Source: an uncultured Acidobacteriaceae bacterium (GTDB taxonomy: Bacteria > Acidobacteriota > Terriglobia > Terriglobales > Acidobacteriaceae). From it: 64,000 nt of DNA. The notes under the pieces were generated by a model. It saw nothing but the letters and a program-made list of their open reading frames with translations. It had not been told where the DNA came from and ran no database searches. Both the position numbers and the translations under genes were made by a program. Numbering within the stretch: position 1 is the first letter of the stretch; each line of letters begins with the position of its first letter. Below, one piece after another: positions 53,523-62,245 of this stretch. The stretch lies in the NCBI GenBank assembly GCA_963734215.1, contig CAVTGH010000006.1:69453-133452 (forward strand), written 5' to 3'.

Positions 53523-54811
53523 GGTGATGTCAAGCTGCCTGTGTAAATAGGTTGAGGGTGCGGGTTTTCCATTCCAGGTTGAATCTCTGGAAGATGGAGT
53601 AGAGGATGCGGTTGACACTGGCTACATTCACAAAACAAACCATGGGCCGGGTGCGGCGGCGCACTTCGACGAAGCAGCGCTCGATCACGTTGGTGGTGCG
53701 CAGCTTCTTACGCAGGTGCGGGGGGAAAGCGAACGCCGAAAGCAGTTCCGGCAGATCGCGCTCCAACTGGCGCACCATGGGACCGTACTTCCCGCGCCAA
53801 CGGGCGCGGAAGGCGCGAAAAGCGGCTTCGGCCTGAGCGCGGCTTTCGGCCAAATAAATCGCCTGCGCTCCCGCTTTCACGTTGTCGTAGTCGGCCTTCT
53901 TCACTTTCTCCAGAATGTTGCGCATCTTGTGGGCCCAGCAGCGCTGATGCCGCACTCGCGGATAGACGGTGCGGATCGCCGCCGCCAGTCCGGGACAGCC
54001 GTCGGTGACGATCAGGCCCAGCGCCTTGCCCTCCAGCCCGCGCCGATACATATCCTCCAGCAGCCCTTCCCAGTCCGCTTGACTCTCGCCCTGACTCCGC
54101 AAAAACGCCAGCAGATGGCGGGTGCCGTCACGCCGCACTCCGTAGGCCACCAGCATCTGCACCCGCTTGCGCCCCGCCGGACGCCGCACCCGCAAGCTCA
54201 CTCCGTCCAAAAACAGATACGCGTAGTTGTCTTCCAACCGCGCCTGGTGGAACTGGCGCACCACTCCGTCCAGATCCCGCGTCAGCTTCGACACCGTCTG
54301 CGGGCTCACCACCTCTTCGGTCACCGTGGCCACCACCCGCCCCACTTGCCGCGTCGAGATGCCGCGCAGAAACGCCTCCCGAATCAGCATCGACACATCT
54401 TCGGCGCGCCGCTGAAAAGGTTCCAGCCCTCGCGGCAGAAAACTCTTCCCTCGGGTGCGCGCCACGCGCAGCCGGATCGTCCCCAACCGAGTCACGAAAT
54501 CCCGTTCGTAGTAGCCGTTGCGATAGGGCTGCCGCCGGCTGCGCCGCCGCTGATACACTTCGCGCACCGCATACCGGTCCCGCTCCCGCCGCGAATCCGC
54601 CTCCAAACGCTCTTTCCACAGCCGCTTCGTCTCTCCGTACACATCCCCCCAGAAACTCTCTCTCATCTCCGCCAGAAAATGTTGGTAATGCTCCGTGATT
54701 GGGATTATCTTCGCCATCGGGTGTAGGTCTCCTTTCCAGGAACGGCTTTAGCTTGTGAGGCCAAAGCCAACTTACACCCTCTCGCTTTTACACAATCAAA
54801 GTTACGTCACC
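53523..54811 (-). mobile_element. IS256-family insertion sequence, copy 2 (1289 bp, intact) with 8-bp target-site duplication TGGCATAC
   Basis: TSD at 53515-53522 and 54812-54819. Same termini as copy 1. Confidence 0.92.
53530..54717 (-). CDS. IS256-family transposase (395 aa, intact)
   Basis: Mutator/IS256 pattern: ...YAYLFLDGVSLRVRR...GLIVTDGCPGLAAAIRTVYPRVRHQRCWAHKMRNILEKV...TTNVIERCFVEVRRR. Confidence 0.95.
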   Translation of the reverse strand: MAKIIPITEHYQHFLAEMRESFWGDVYGETKRLWKERLEADSRRERDRYAVREVYQRRRSRRQPYRNGYYERDFVTRLGTIRLRVARTRGKSFLPRGLEPFQRRAEDVSMLIREAFLRGISTRQVGRVVATVTEEVVSPQTVSKLTRDLDGVVRQFHQARLEDNYAYLFLDGVSLRVRRPAGRKRVQMLVAYGVRRDGTRHLLAFLRSQGESQADWEGLLEDMYRRGLEGKALGLIVTDGCPGLAAAIRTVYPRVRHQRCWAHKMRNILEKVKKADYDNVKAGAQAIYLAESRAQAEAAFRAFRARWRGKYGPMVRQLERDLPELLSAFAFPPHLRKKLRTTNVIERCFVEVRRRTRPMVCFVNVASVNRILYSIFQRFNLEWKTRTLNLFTQAA

Positions 54812-54904
54812 TGGCATACTAGATTCCCCAAGAGATCAGCTTGTCCTGTCGCCCAGGCCGTCTAAGAAAGCACTACCGAGTGGGCGGACCAGAATGCTGA
54901 ACCG

Positions 54905-55185
54905 TTAACGGAAAAGTCCGCTGTGCGAACCTAGGTGAACCAGCTGCAGAACTGCGCGTTCAGCTGCGGTAGATCTCAGCAGTAAGTCAGGGTAAGGTGG
55001 CATTCTCGGTGACCGCGCCAGTCGCCGGCAAGAGCGTGATCGCGGTTCTTTTCAGGAAGAGGTTTATCTTCGACGAGGAGCGAGACGAGGTTGGAAACAA
55101 TGGAATCTATTTCGCGACGGTGCTGTCCTTTTTTCTCGCGCTTGAAGTCCTTACGGAAAGCACCGGTGTGCTCAATCCTCCGCAT
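54905..55185 (-). pseudogene. YafQ/RelE-type mRNA interferase toxin, frameshifted in a C-run near 54990-54992
   Basis: Frame 1: MRRIEHTGAFRKDFKREKKG...DHALAGDWRGHRECHLT then early stop. The shifted frame continues PDLLLRSTAAERAVLQLVHLGSHSGLFR-stop (54905-54907), matching the usual YafQ C-terminus. Confidence 0.7.
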
Positions 55186-55435
55186 TCAGGTCGTCCATCA
55201 GTTCGGAGACGCTGCCGAATGAAGGCAAGCCACCTTTGCGGGCTTCCTGCATTGCTGCCGCAGTCGCGGGGTTCGGAACCTTCACTGCGAAAGGCAATGC
55301 CTTCTCCGCCGCCACGCGTGTAAGTAGAACGCGCACGGCATCGGATACGGACAATCCCATGGCGGCCAGTGTCTTGGCAGCCTGGGTCTTGATGCGCTTT
55401 TCCACTCGAACATGAACCATTTCAGTCGCAGCCAT
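55172..55435 (-). CDS. RelB/DinJ-family antitoxin
   Basis: VHVRVEKRIKTQAAKTLAAMGLSVSDAVRVLLTRVAAEKALPF. Confidence 0.85.
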   Translation of the reverse strand: MAATEMVHVRVEKRIKTQAAKTLAAMGLSVSDAVRVLLTRVAAEKALPFAVKVPNPATAAAMQEARKGGLPSFGSVSELMDDLNAED

Positions 55436-55495
55436 GATTGATTCCTCACCTGAGATACATTGTATCTCATTGCGAGGAACCTGGCAAAACGCGGC

Positions 55496-56824
55496 CTACG
55501 GCAATCTGTCCATAAGCCCAGGGATGGTCTTCATCAGATCGTTGTAGATGACCATGACGGCGAACAGAACCAGAAAGACGAATGCGGCCTGGTAGACGCG
55601 TTCCTTGATGCGCAGGCTGATGTCGTGGCCCATCAAGCTTTCGATCAGGAGGAAGAAGATCACGCCGCCGTCGAGGATGGGGATGGGGAGCAGGTTAAAA
55701 ACGCCGAGATTCAGGCTGATGGCGGAAGTTAGAAGCAGGAGCGGGGTCCAGCCTTTGCGGCGGGCGGCTTCCCCGGCCGCTTGCCCGATGCGGATCGGGC
55801 CTTCGATGGAGCGCACGGAAATCTTGCCTTGCAGCATCTTCTGTACGAGTTCGAGAATCAGCAGAGAGGCCCTCCTGTTCTCCTGCAGGGAAAGATGGAG
55901 GGCGGCCGGAAAAGAAAGGCTGGTCACTTTCATGGGCATGCTGCCGATGCCGATACGGTAGCGTTTCTCGGCGAGCACCGGCTGAACCGTGAAGTCCTTG
56001 GTTTCCGTTCCACGCCGCACGGTAATGGAGATGGGCTTGTCCTTGGTAATCCCCAGCATTTCCACCATGGCAGCGAGGGCGGGGACCGGCTTGCCATCCA
56101 CGGAGAGAATCTCATCGCCCTCGCGCAGTCCGGCCTTATCCGCGGGCATGCCGGGGGTTATATCGGTTACGCAGACGCAGGGTTCCTTGGCGGCCCAGCC
56201 GGCAAATCCGATCTGGTCAACGCCGAAAGGCTCAGGCGCGACGGTCTTGCTAAGAACTTGACCATTGCGGTCAACGGCAACGTCCAAAGGCTGGCCGGGG
56301 CTCAGCGCTTCGCGGGTGTCAACCTGCTCCCAGGTTGGATTCTGTATGCCATCGATGCGGACAATGCGGTCGTTGGGCTGAAATCCCGCCTTGGCTGCCG
56401 GGGTATCCTGCATGACCCATCCGATCACGGTGGGGCCGTCATAAATCGCCGGATACTCGTAGTGCACCATGAAGACGCCAACCAGCAGGAAGACGGCCAG
56501 CATAATGTTCATAGCCGGGCCGGCGATGGCGATCAGGAAGCGGTGCCAGCGCGAATGCGAGAGAAACTCGGCGGGATCGCCGGTGCGATCGTCCATGGGA
56601 TTCTCGCCGCTCATCTTGACGTAACCGCCCAGGGGAATCGCGGCGATGCGGTAGTCGGTTTCACCCTTGCGGAAACCGAAAAGACGCTTGCCAAACCCAA
56701 TGGAGAAGACCTCGACCCGGACGCCCAGCCACTTGGCCACGGCATAGTGGCCAAACTCGTGGATCAGGATCATGAATCCGAGGATGACGACGACGGCGAT
56801 CAGCGAAATCAGAAAGTCAGGCAT
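55496..56824 (-). CDS. rseP: RIP zinc metalloprotease RseP (site-2 protease, M50, PDZ domains)
   Basis: ILIHEFGHYAVAK (HExxH), PDZ-like regions, C-terminal NLLPIPILDGG. Confidence 0.95.
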   Translation of the reverse strand: MPDFLISLIAVVVILGFMILIHEFGHYAVAKWLGVRVEVFSIGFGKRLFGFRKGETDYRIAAIPLGGYVKMSGENPMDDRTGDPAEFLSHSRWHRFLIAIAGPAMNIMLAVFLLVGVFMVHYEYPAIYDGPTVIGWVMQDTPAAKAGFQPNDRIVRIDGIQNPTWEQVDTREALSPGQPLDVAVDRNGQVLSKTVAPEPFGVDQIGFAGWAAKEPCVCVTDITPGMPADKAGLREGDEILSVDGKPVPALAAMVEMLGITKDKPISITVRRGTETKDFTVQPVLAEKRYRIGIGSMPMKVTSLSFPAALHLSLQENRRASLLILELVQKMLQGKISVRSIEGPIRIGQAAGEAARRKGWTPLLLLTSAISLNLGVFNLLPIPILDGGVIFFLLIESLMGHDISLRIKERVYQAAFVFLVLFAVMVIYNDLMKTIPGLMDRLP

Positions 56825-56872
56825 AAATTAGGATACACACCCTGCACTGCATTAGATTCCAAAACTTGCCGG

Positions 56873-58069
56873 CTAGATGAAAGAAGTTGTCTGCGGACGT
56901 GCGGTTCGGCTAACCCTATCCACCCGCTCTTGAGCATATCGGCGGGCTTCCAAGTCGGCTTGAAGCACTTCCCCGATCGAACCCAGCTTCCCAGAGTTAG
57001 ATGCTGAAACCGCGTCTTCGACGATCCTGGGAATCTCATCGAACGCGATGCTGCCTTCGAGAAACGCGGCCACGGCGACCTCATCGGCGGCATTGAGCGC
57101 GACTGTCTTAGCCCCGCCCGCCTCTACCGCCTCGTACGCTATGCGAAGACAAGGGAATTTACTCATGTCTGGAGGGCAGAAGTCCAGATGACGCAAGTTA
57201 CCCACCGGAAAGCGCATATCAGACTGAATCCGCTCAGGATATGTTAGCGCATAAAGAATCGGCAGGCGCATGTCGGTCACAGAAAACTGAGCAAGTATGC
57301 TGCCATCGATAAACTCCACCATGGAATGAATTGTGGATTGCGGGTGGACAATCACTTCCACTTTTGCCGGCGGCATGTGAAACAATCTGCACGCCTCGAT
57401 CACCTCGAACCCTTTGTTCATCAACGTCGCGGAGTCGATGGTGATGCGCTTGCCCATCTTCCAGGTGGGATGATTCAGCGCCTGCGCCACCGTGATGGAG
57501 CTGAATTCCGCGCGTGGTGTGTTTAGAAACGGGCCGCCGGAGGCGGTGAGCCAGATGCGTTCGACTTCCTCCATTCGCCCGCCCCGCAGGCACTGATGCA
57601 CAGCATTGTGTTCACTGTCGATGGGCAGCAGCGGCTTGCCCTGCGTGCACGCCTCGACCGTGATCAACTCGCCGGCGGCGACCAGACATTCTTTATTGGC
57701 CACGCCGACGATCTTTCCCGCCTTCACCGCCTCATACGTAGCCTCAAGCCCAGCCACACCCACGATGGCGCTGACCACGAAATCAACCTCAGCGTGGGTC
57801 GCGACCTGCACGGTGCCGGCCGCTCCATACACGACTTCGATTTCGCCGAGCCCTGCCTGCTTGAGACGGGCGCGCAGCACATCGGCATCCGGCTCGGCCG
57901 CTATGGAAAGCAAACGGGGCCGCCAGCGGCGCGCCTGCTCGAAAGCCGCCTCCAGATTAGAGCCTGCGGCCAGGGCCACGATCTGAAAACGCTCCGGGTA
58001 CGACTCGGCCACACTCAGCGTGCTGCGGCCGATGGACCCGGTCGATCCCAGGATGGCGATGCGTCTCAT
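56873..58069 (-). CDS. dxr: 1-deoxy-D-xylulose 5-phosphate reductoisomerase
   Basis: IAILGSTGSIGRSTL...LANKECLV...PIDSEHNAV...LTASGGPF...NHPTWKMG. Confidence 0.96.
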   Translation of the reverse strand: MRRIAILGSTGSIGRSTLSVAESYPERFQIVALAAGSNLEAAFEQARRWRPRLLSIAAEPDADVLRARLKQAGLGEIEVVYGAAGTVQVATHAEVDFVVSAIVGVAGLEATYEAVKAGKIVGVANKECLVAAGELITVEACTQGKPLLPIDSEHNAVHQCLRGGRMEEVERIWLTASGGPFLNTPRAEFSSITVAQALNHPTWKMGKRITIDSATLMNKGFEVIEACRLFHMPPAKVEVIVHPQSTIHSMVEFIDGSILAQFSVTDMRLPILYALTYPERIQSDMRFPVGNLRHLDFCPPDMSKFPCLRIAYEAVEAGGAKTVALNAADEVAVAAFLEGSIAFDEIPRIVEDAVSASNSGKLGSIGEVLQADLEARRYAQERVDRVSRTARPQTTSFI

Positions 58070-58131
58070 AAGAGATAAAATCTTATTTTACGCGATTCGG
58101 TTCATCCGCTGGGGAAGCGGATGGTGGATCG

Positions 58132-59028
58132 TTACTGCGTGACCCGCCAAGCCGCGTAGAACCACAGTACCGGAGCGGTGAAGAGCAAGGCATCGATGCG
58201 GTCGAGCATGCCGCCGTGGCCGGGAAGAATCGCGCCTGAATCCTTCACTCCGGCGCCGCGCTTGATCAGCGACTCCACCAGATCGCCCAACTGCGCGGCA
58301 ATATTTAGGGCAATCGTCAGCAGGATGATGGGCGGCATCTCCGGCCTCTCCAGTCCGAACAGGCCGTCGCGGCGCTGGATCAATCCGATGCGCAGTAAAA
58401 ACGAACTGATCTGCAGGGCATGGTTGAAGAGCAGAATTCCAACCAAGAGGCTCGCCGCCAGCGAAGCTGCCGCACCCTCCCAGGTTTTCTTCGGGCTTAC
58501 GCGCGGCGCCATCAGGTGTCGTCCCAGAGAGCGGCCCACGAAGTACGCGAAGATGTCTCCCGCCCAAACCACCAAAAGAAGATAGAGCAGCCAGAACGCG
58601 CCCGCCCACTGCTGGCGCAACTGCACCAGCATTCCCATGGGCAGGGCAATGTAGGCGAAGGCGAACGCCGAGGCCGCAGCCGCCGGATACGCGCCGCTCA
58701 TCGGCGTCCGCCGCATGGCGATGGTCAGAAAAATAAACGGAGAAAGGGCGCAGGCGAATCCCACGCCGAGGACAAACTTCAGCGCGGAAAGCTGCGGAGT
58801 TTCGCCCGCCGCGCTTGCCGCCAAGAACAGAAAAAATAATCCTACGAAAATGTAAGTGGGCAGGCGCAGTGGTTGTACGGCGTAGGATTCCGTCAGCTTT
58901 AAAAATTCCCGGACCGTAATCAGCGCCACTGCGCCCGCCACCGCGGCCACAACCGGCACCGGGGCGCGCAGCACCAGCAACAGCACAATCGGAATTAGAA
59001 CGGCCGCGGTCGCGATGCGCTTCAGCAT
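58132..59028 (-). CDS. cdsA: Phosphatidate cytidylyltransferase
   Basis: Multi-TM. SPKKTWEGA and SLIKRGAGVKDSGAILPGHGGMLDRID signature. Confidence 0.93.
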   Translation of the reverse strand: MLKRIATAAVLIPIVLLLVLRAPVPVVAAVAGAVALITVREFLKLTESYAVQPLRLPTYIFVGLFFLFLAASAAGETPQLSALKFVLGVGFACALSPFIFLTIAMRRTPMSGAYPAAAASAFAFAYIALPMGMLVQLRQQWAGAFWLLYLLLVVWAGDIFAYFVGRSLGRHLMAPRVSPKKTWEGAAASLAASLLVGILLFNHALQISSFLLRIGLIQRRDGLFGLERPEMPPIILLTIALNIAAQLGDLVESLIKRGAGVKDSGAILPGHGGMLDRIDALLFTAPVLWFYAAWRVTQ

Positions 59029-59036
59029 GCTGGAGG

Positions 59037-59927
59037 CTACTTCAGAACCTTATTGGGGAACTTCGCCGGTTCGGAGTGCGCGCGCGAATCGCCGTGATTC
59101 AAATCGCTATGGTTCAAATCGCTATGCTTCAAATCGTCATGTTTCAAATCACTATGATTCAACCCGCCGTAGCGGCGCTCGCGCTTCTGATATTCGGCGA
59201 TGCCTTCCAGCAGATGCACGCCGCGGAAATCGGGCCACAACGTGGGCGTCACATAAATCTCGGCATAAGCCAACTGCCAGAGCAAGAAGTTGCTGAGCCG
59301 CATCTCGCCCGAAGTGCGCACCACCAGATCCGGATCGGGCAGGTCCCGCGTGTAAAGATGTTGGCCCACCGTATCTTCGTCAATGCGCAGATGCTCGAAG
59401 CCTCCATTTTGCGAAGCAGCGTTAACCATGGAGCGGAACGCGTCCACCAGTTCGCTGCGCGCGCTGTAGTTCAGCGCCAGGGTGAGCACCGTGCCGGTAT
59501 TGTGCGCGGTGCTCTCGCGCGCCCAAGCCATGCGGTCCTGCACATCTTCGGGCAGTTCGTGCTGCCGGCCAATGTATTCCAGCCGGATATTATTTTCGTT
59601 CAGCGTAGGGACTTCCGCCTTGAGATAGCGGCTGAGCAGCCGCATCAGGAAGTCAACTTCGCTCTGGGGACGCTTCTTCCAGTTTTCTTCCGAAAAGGCG
59701 TAGAGCGTGAGCGCATGAATGCCGATACGAGCCGCCGTCTCCACCGTCGAGCGCACAGCCGCGACCCCGGCGCGATGTCCGGCCACACGCGGCATGTGGC
59801 GCCGCTTGGCCCAGCGCCCGTTGCCGTCCATGATGATCGCGATGTGTCGTGGGAGCCGCGCTGGATCGAGATGCCGGTAAATTTCGCTTTCCTTGCGATC
59901 CAGCCCGGCGGGAATCTTTGCCTGCAA
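59037..59927 (-). CDS. uppS: Isoprenyl transferase (undecaprenyl diphosphate synthase) with an unusual His/Asp pentapeptide-repeat C-terminal tail
   Basis: HIAIIMDGNGRWA, LTLYAFSEENW, DLVVRTSGEMRLSNFLLWQLAYAE. Tail NHSDLKHDDLKHSDLNHSDLNHGDSRAH. Confidence 0.93.
   Translation of the reverse strand: MQAKIPAGLDRKESEIYRHLDPARLPRHIAIIMDGNGRWAKRRHMPRVAGHRAGVAAVRSTVETAARIGIHALTLYAFSEENWKKRPQSEVDFLMRLLSRYLKAEVPTLNENNIRLEYIGRQHELPEDVQDRMAWARESTAHNTGTVLTLALNYSARSELVDAFRSMVNAASQNGGFEHLRIDEDTVGQHLYTRDLPDPDLVVRTSGEMRLSNFLLWQLAYAEIYVTPTLWPDFRGVHLLEGIAEYQKRERRYGGLNHSDLKHDDLKHSDLNHSDLNHGDSRAHSEPAKFPNKVLK
59094..59168 (-). repeat. 15-nt tandem repeat x5 (ATGNTTCAAATCRCT on the forward strand) encoding (H-S/D-D-L-K/N)x5 at the uppS 3' end
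   Basis: gtgattcaaatcgct atggttcaaatcgct atgcttcaaatcgtc atgtttcaaatcact atgattcaacccgcc. Confidence 0.85.
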
Positions 59928-60095
59928 GGCCTATCCCCTTCTGAACGTTGAGGCTAACACGGGCGGGAAGGGGGTTGCAATGAGGGTGGATCGACCCTTC
60001 GGCAAATGTCTCGAAGAAGCTCGATGCGAGAAGGCGGCGTCAAGGGTCAGCGGTACGTCGGTTGTACAATATGTCTCCTCTCGCATCGTTGATCC

Positions 60096-61241
60096 ATGTA
60101 CAGCGGTTTCCATCCCGGTCGGCCTGAGATTGGCGAAATTGCGACTCGCATAGTCGCTGGGAATTGCACACTCTTCGTGGGCGCAGGCCTATCAATCGCG
60201 GCCGGACTTCCGAGCTGGGGCGACTTGGTCCTGCCACTCCGGATGGCACTGGTCAAGAAACTTCAGGCCCGCGGGGCAAACCCGGGCCCGCCGGACAGAT
60301 ATGACGCGCTCACCTGGGCACAGGCCTACGAGCGAGAGTTCGACCCTGCGGATCTGCGGTCCAAGGTCTGCCAGTCAACCGATGCACGAACCTTGGAGCC
60401 CACGAAGGTTCACAAGATGCTCCCGGCTCTCGGCATTCGGACCTGGATTACGACCAACTACGACGATTTGCTTGAGCGTGCGCTTACGGATTCCGGAGAT
60501 CCGCCCCGTATTGTGATTAGAGACCCAGATATTGCCAATCGAGACGACGAAAAGGTATGCCTCGTAAAGCTACATGGCGACCGAACCGACCCGAACTCCG
60601 TCCTGCTGACGAAAAACGACCTTTTTGGGATGAGCCAAACAAAGCCCAACCTTTGGACCTTCCTCCGCAACGAACTAACGAGAAACAGTGTTCTGTACCT
60701 CGGCTACAGCATGTCGGATCCCGATTTTAATCAGGTTCAGGCTGGACTGCTCCACCTTCTGGGCTGGGAACGCCGTGCAAAATCCTACTCTGTAATGTTC
60801 GGATGTGACAAGGTCACCAGGCTCGATTGCGAGTCCAGAAACATTTCAGTAGTTGATCTGGGGACAGAGTCGTCCGACCTCGCCACTGACACTCTTGAGG
60901 CCTTCCTCAAGGCCATCGCCGAACGTGTTAAACAGACTCCCAAGATTCCTAAAGAACCCCACGGAGGTAGCGAGGCAAGGCAGCGCGTACCTCCAGAGAA
61001 GCAAGCCGCGCTAGCAGAGAAAGGCTACCCGCTCTTATGTTGCATAGAGTACAGAACGTATACCAAAACGTTCGATGATCGAGAGTTCTCCAAAGCACAA
61101 TCTGGATGGAGCCCCAACCTGCCCAACGAGTACGGAGACGAACGGCGCTACTTGGCAGTGGAGTATGAGAGATGGGACGAAGCCGAGGAAAACGGCTGGC
61201 GAGGGTGGGCAATCGGGAAAAGACGCCGTGCGACAGATTAG
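60096..61241 (+). CDS. SIR2-like (SIR2_2 family) protein with ~100-aa C-terminal region of unknown function
   Basis: NCTLFVGAGLSIAAGLPSWGDLV, WITTNYDDLLERAL, CLVKLHGD, VLYLGYSMSDPDF are SIR2_2 landmarks. Confidence 0.8.
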   Translation: MYSGFHPGRPEIGEIATRIVAGNCTLFVGAGLSIAAGLPSWGDLVLPLRMALVKKLQARGANPGPPDRYDALTWAQAYEREFDPADLRSKVCQSTDARTLEPTKVHKMLPALGIRTWITTNYDDLLERALTDSGDPPRIVIRDPDIANRDDEKVCLVKLHGDRTDPNSVLLTKNDLFGMSQTKPNLWTFLRNELTRNSVLYLGYSMSDPDFNQVQAGLLHLLGWERRAKSYSVMFGCDKVTRLDCESRNISVVDLGTESSDLATDTLEAFLKAIAERVKQTPKIPKEPHGGSEARQRVPPEKQAALAEKGYPLLCCIEYRTYTKTFDDREFSKAQSGWSPNLPNEYGDERRYLAVEYERWDEAEENGWRGWAIGKRRRATD

Positions 61242-61300
61242 CTGCTACTCACCCCATTGGGGGTCGCTAGAATTTTAATCCTAGAAACCTCGCAGCTAAA

Positions 61301-61332
61301 GGAAAAAAGCCGGGACCAAGGGTGGTCCCGGC
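61301..61332 (-). terminator. Rho-independent terminator (minus strand; possibly bidirectional)
   Basis: 10-bp stem GCCGGGACCA-aggg-TGGTCCCGGC. On the minus strand it is followed by TTTTTTCC. Confidence 0.8.
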
Positions 61333-61430
61333 GTTGAGTTGGCTGGTTGCCCGGATAAATTCATTTGAACTAAAAGCCGGGCTCCGCCCGGCCCGGACAG
61401 CCGAGAACGGCTGTCCCTACATAACTTCGC

Positions 61431-61970
61431 CTACGCGCTCCTTCTTGGCCGCACCGTCAAATCCCGCACCTGGGTCAGAATGCTCGACATCTGCATCCCG
61501 TTCAGTTGCGACACGAACGGCAGGATCTCCGCGACGAACTGGTCTTTCATCAGTTCACTGATTTCGTCCTGGCGGTTCTTCTCACCGCCGCTGAGCAGTT
61601 CCGGCACGGTCACCTCCAGGGCTCGCGCCAGCCGCTCCAGGGAAAACAGCGTAGGCGTGGCTTTCTCGTTTTCGATCTTGGAAACGTAGGTCCGCGGCAC
61701 GGACATGCGTCCCGCCAGTTGGCGCTGGCTCAGGCCGCTGCGCAGGCGCAGCGAGCGGATCGACGTGGCCAGGTTGAGGTGTCCGCGGCCGGTGGCGGGC
61801 ATGGGCATCATCACCGGCGGTGCGACCACCACCGGCTCAGGCTCGGGTTCCTCGTCCAGGGACGAATGGCAGCGCCGGCAATTGTTGTTGAAGGTACGGA
61901 ATTGAACCAACAGGCAGTGATCGCAACGGACGACTTCCCGTGAGTCTACCGGGGCAAGAGTCGTGGCCAT
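61431..61970 (-). CDS. Zn-ribbon plus XRE-HTH regulator (MqsA-like architecture)
   Basis: VRCDHCLLVQFRTFNNNCRRCHSSL (CxxC-N12-CxxC), Pro-rich linker, then IRSLRLRSGLSQRQLAGRMSVPRTYVSKIENEKATPTLFSLERLARAL. Confidence 0.75.
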   Translation of the reverse strand: MATTLAPVDSREVVRCDHCLLVQFRTFNNNCRRCHSSLDEEPEPEPVVVAPPVMMPMPATGRGHLNLATSIRSLRLRSGLSQRQLAGRMSVPRTYVSKIENEKATPTLFSLERLARALEVTVPELLSGGEKNRQDEISELMKDQFVAEILPFVSQLNGMQMSSILTQVRDLTVRPRRSA

Positions 61971-62245
61971 CGGGTTGTGGGAGTGCCAGAGCCGGCTACT
62001 CCTTACTTCTAACAACGAAAACCTAAAGCTGGCTTAGGTTTCTGACTGTTGGCTAATCTGCGGCACAAGGCCTGTGGAAGTCAAGGTTAAAATGGATAAA
62101 GCCGCGAATTCTTGCCGGCGAAAAACGGAATCAAGCGGCAAATTCCCGCGGAAAATGGGGCGAAAGCATGATAGATCGCCAGCAGGCGTGGTGTTTACTA
62201 ACTGAGTTCCTAATGATGTTGCAAACAGGGAAGTTACTGATCCCG

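Noticed and set aside
41595-54811. The two IS256 copies as the arms of a composite transposon.
   Set aside because: Each copy has its own matching target-site duplication (GGCCTAGCC versus TGGCATAC). The intervening DNA contains core genes (tsaC, ispG), so the evidence favours two independent insertions.
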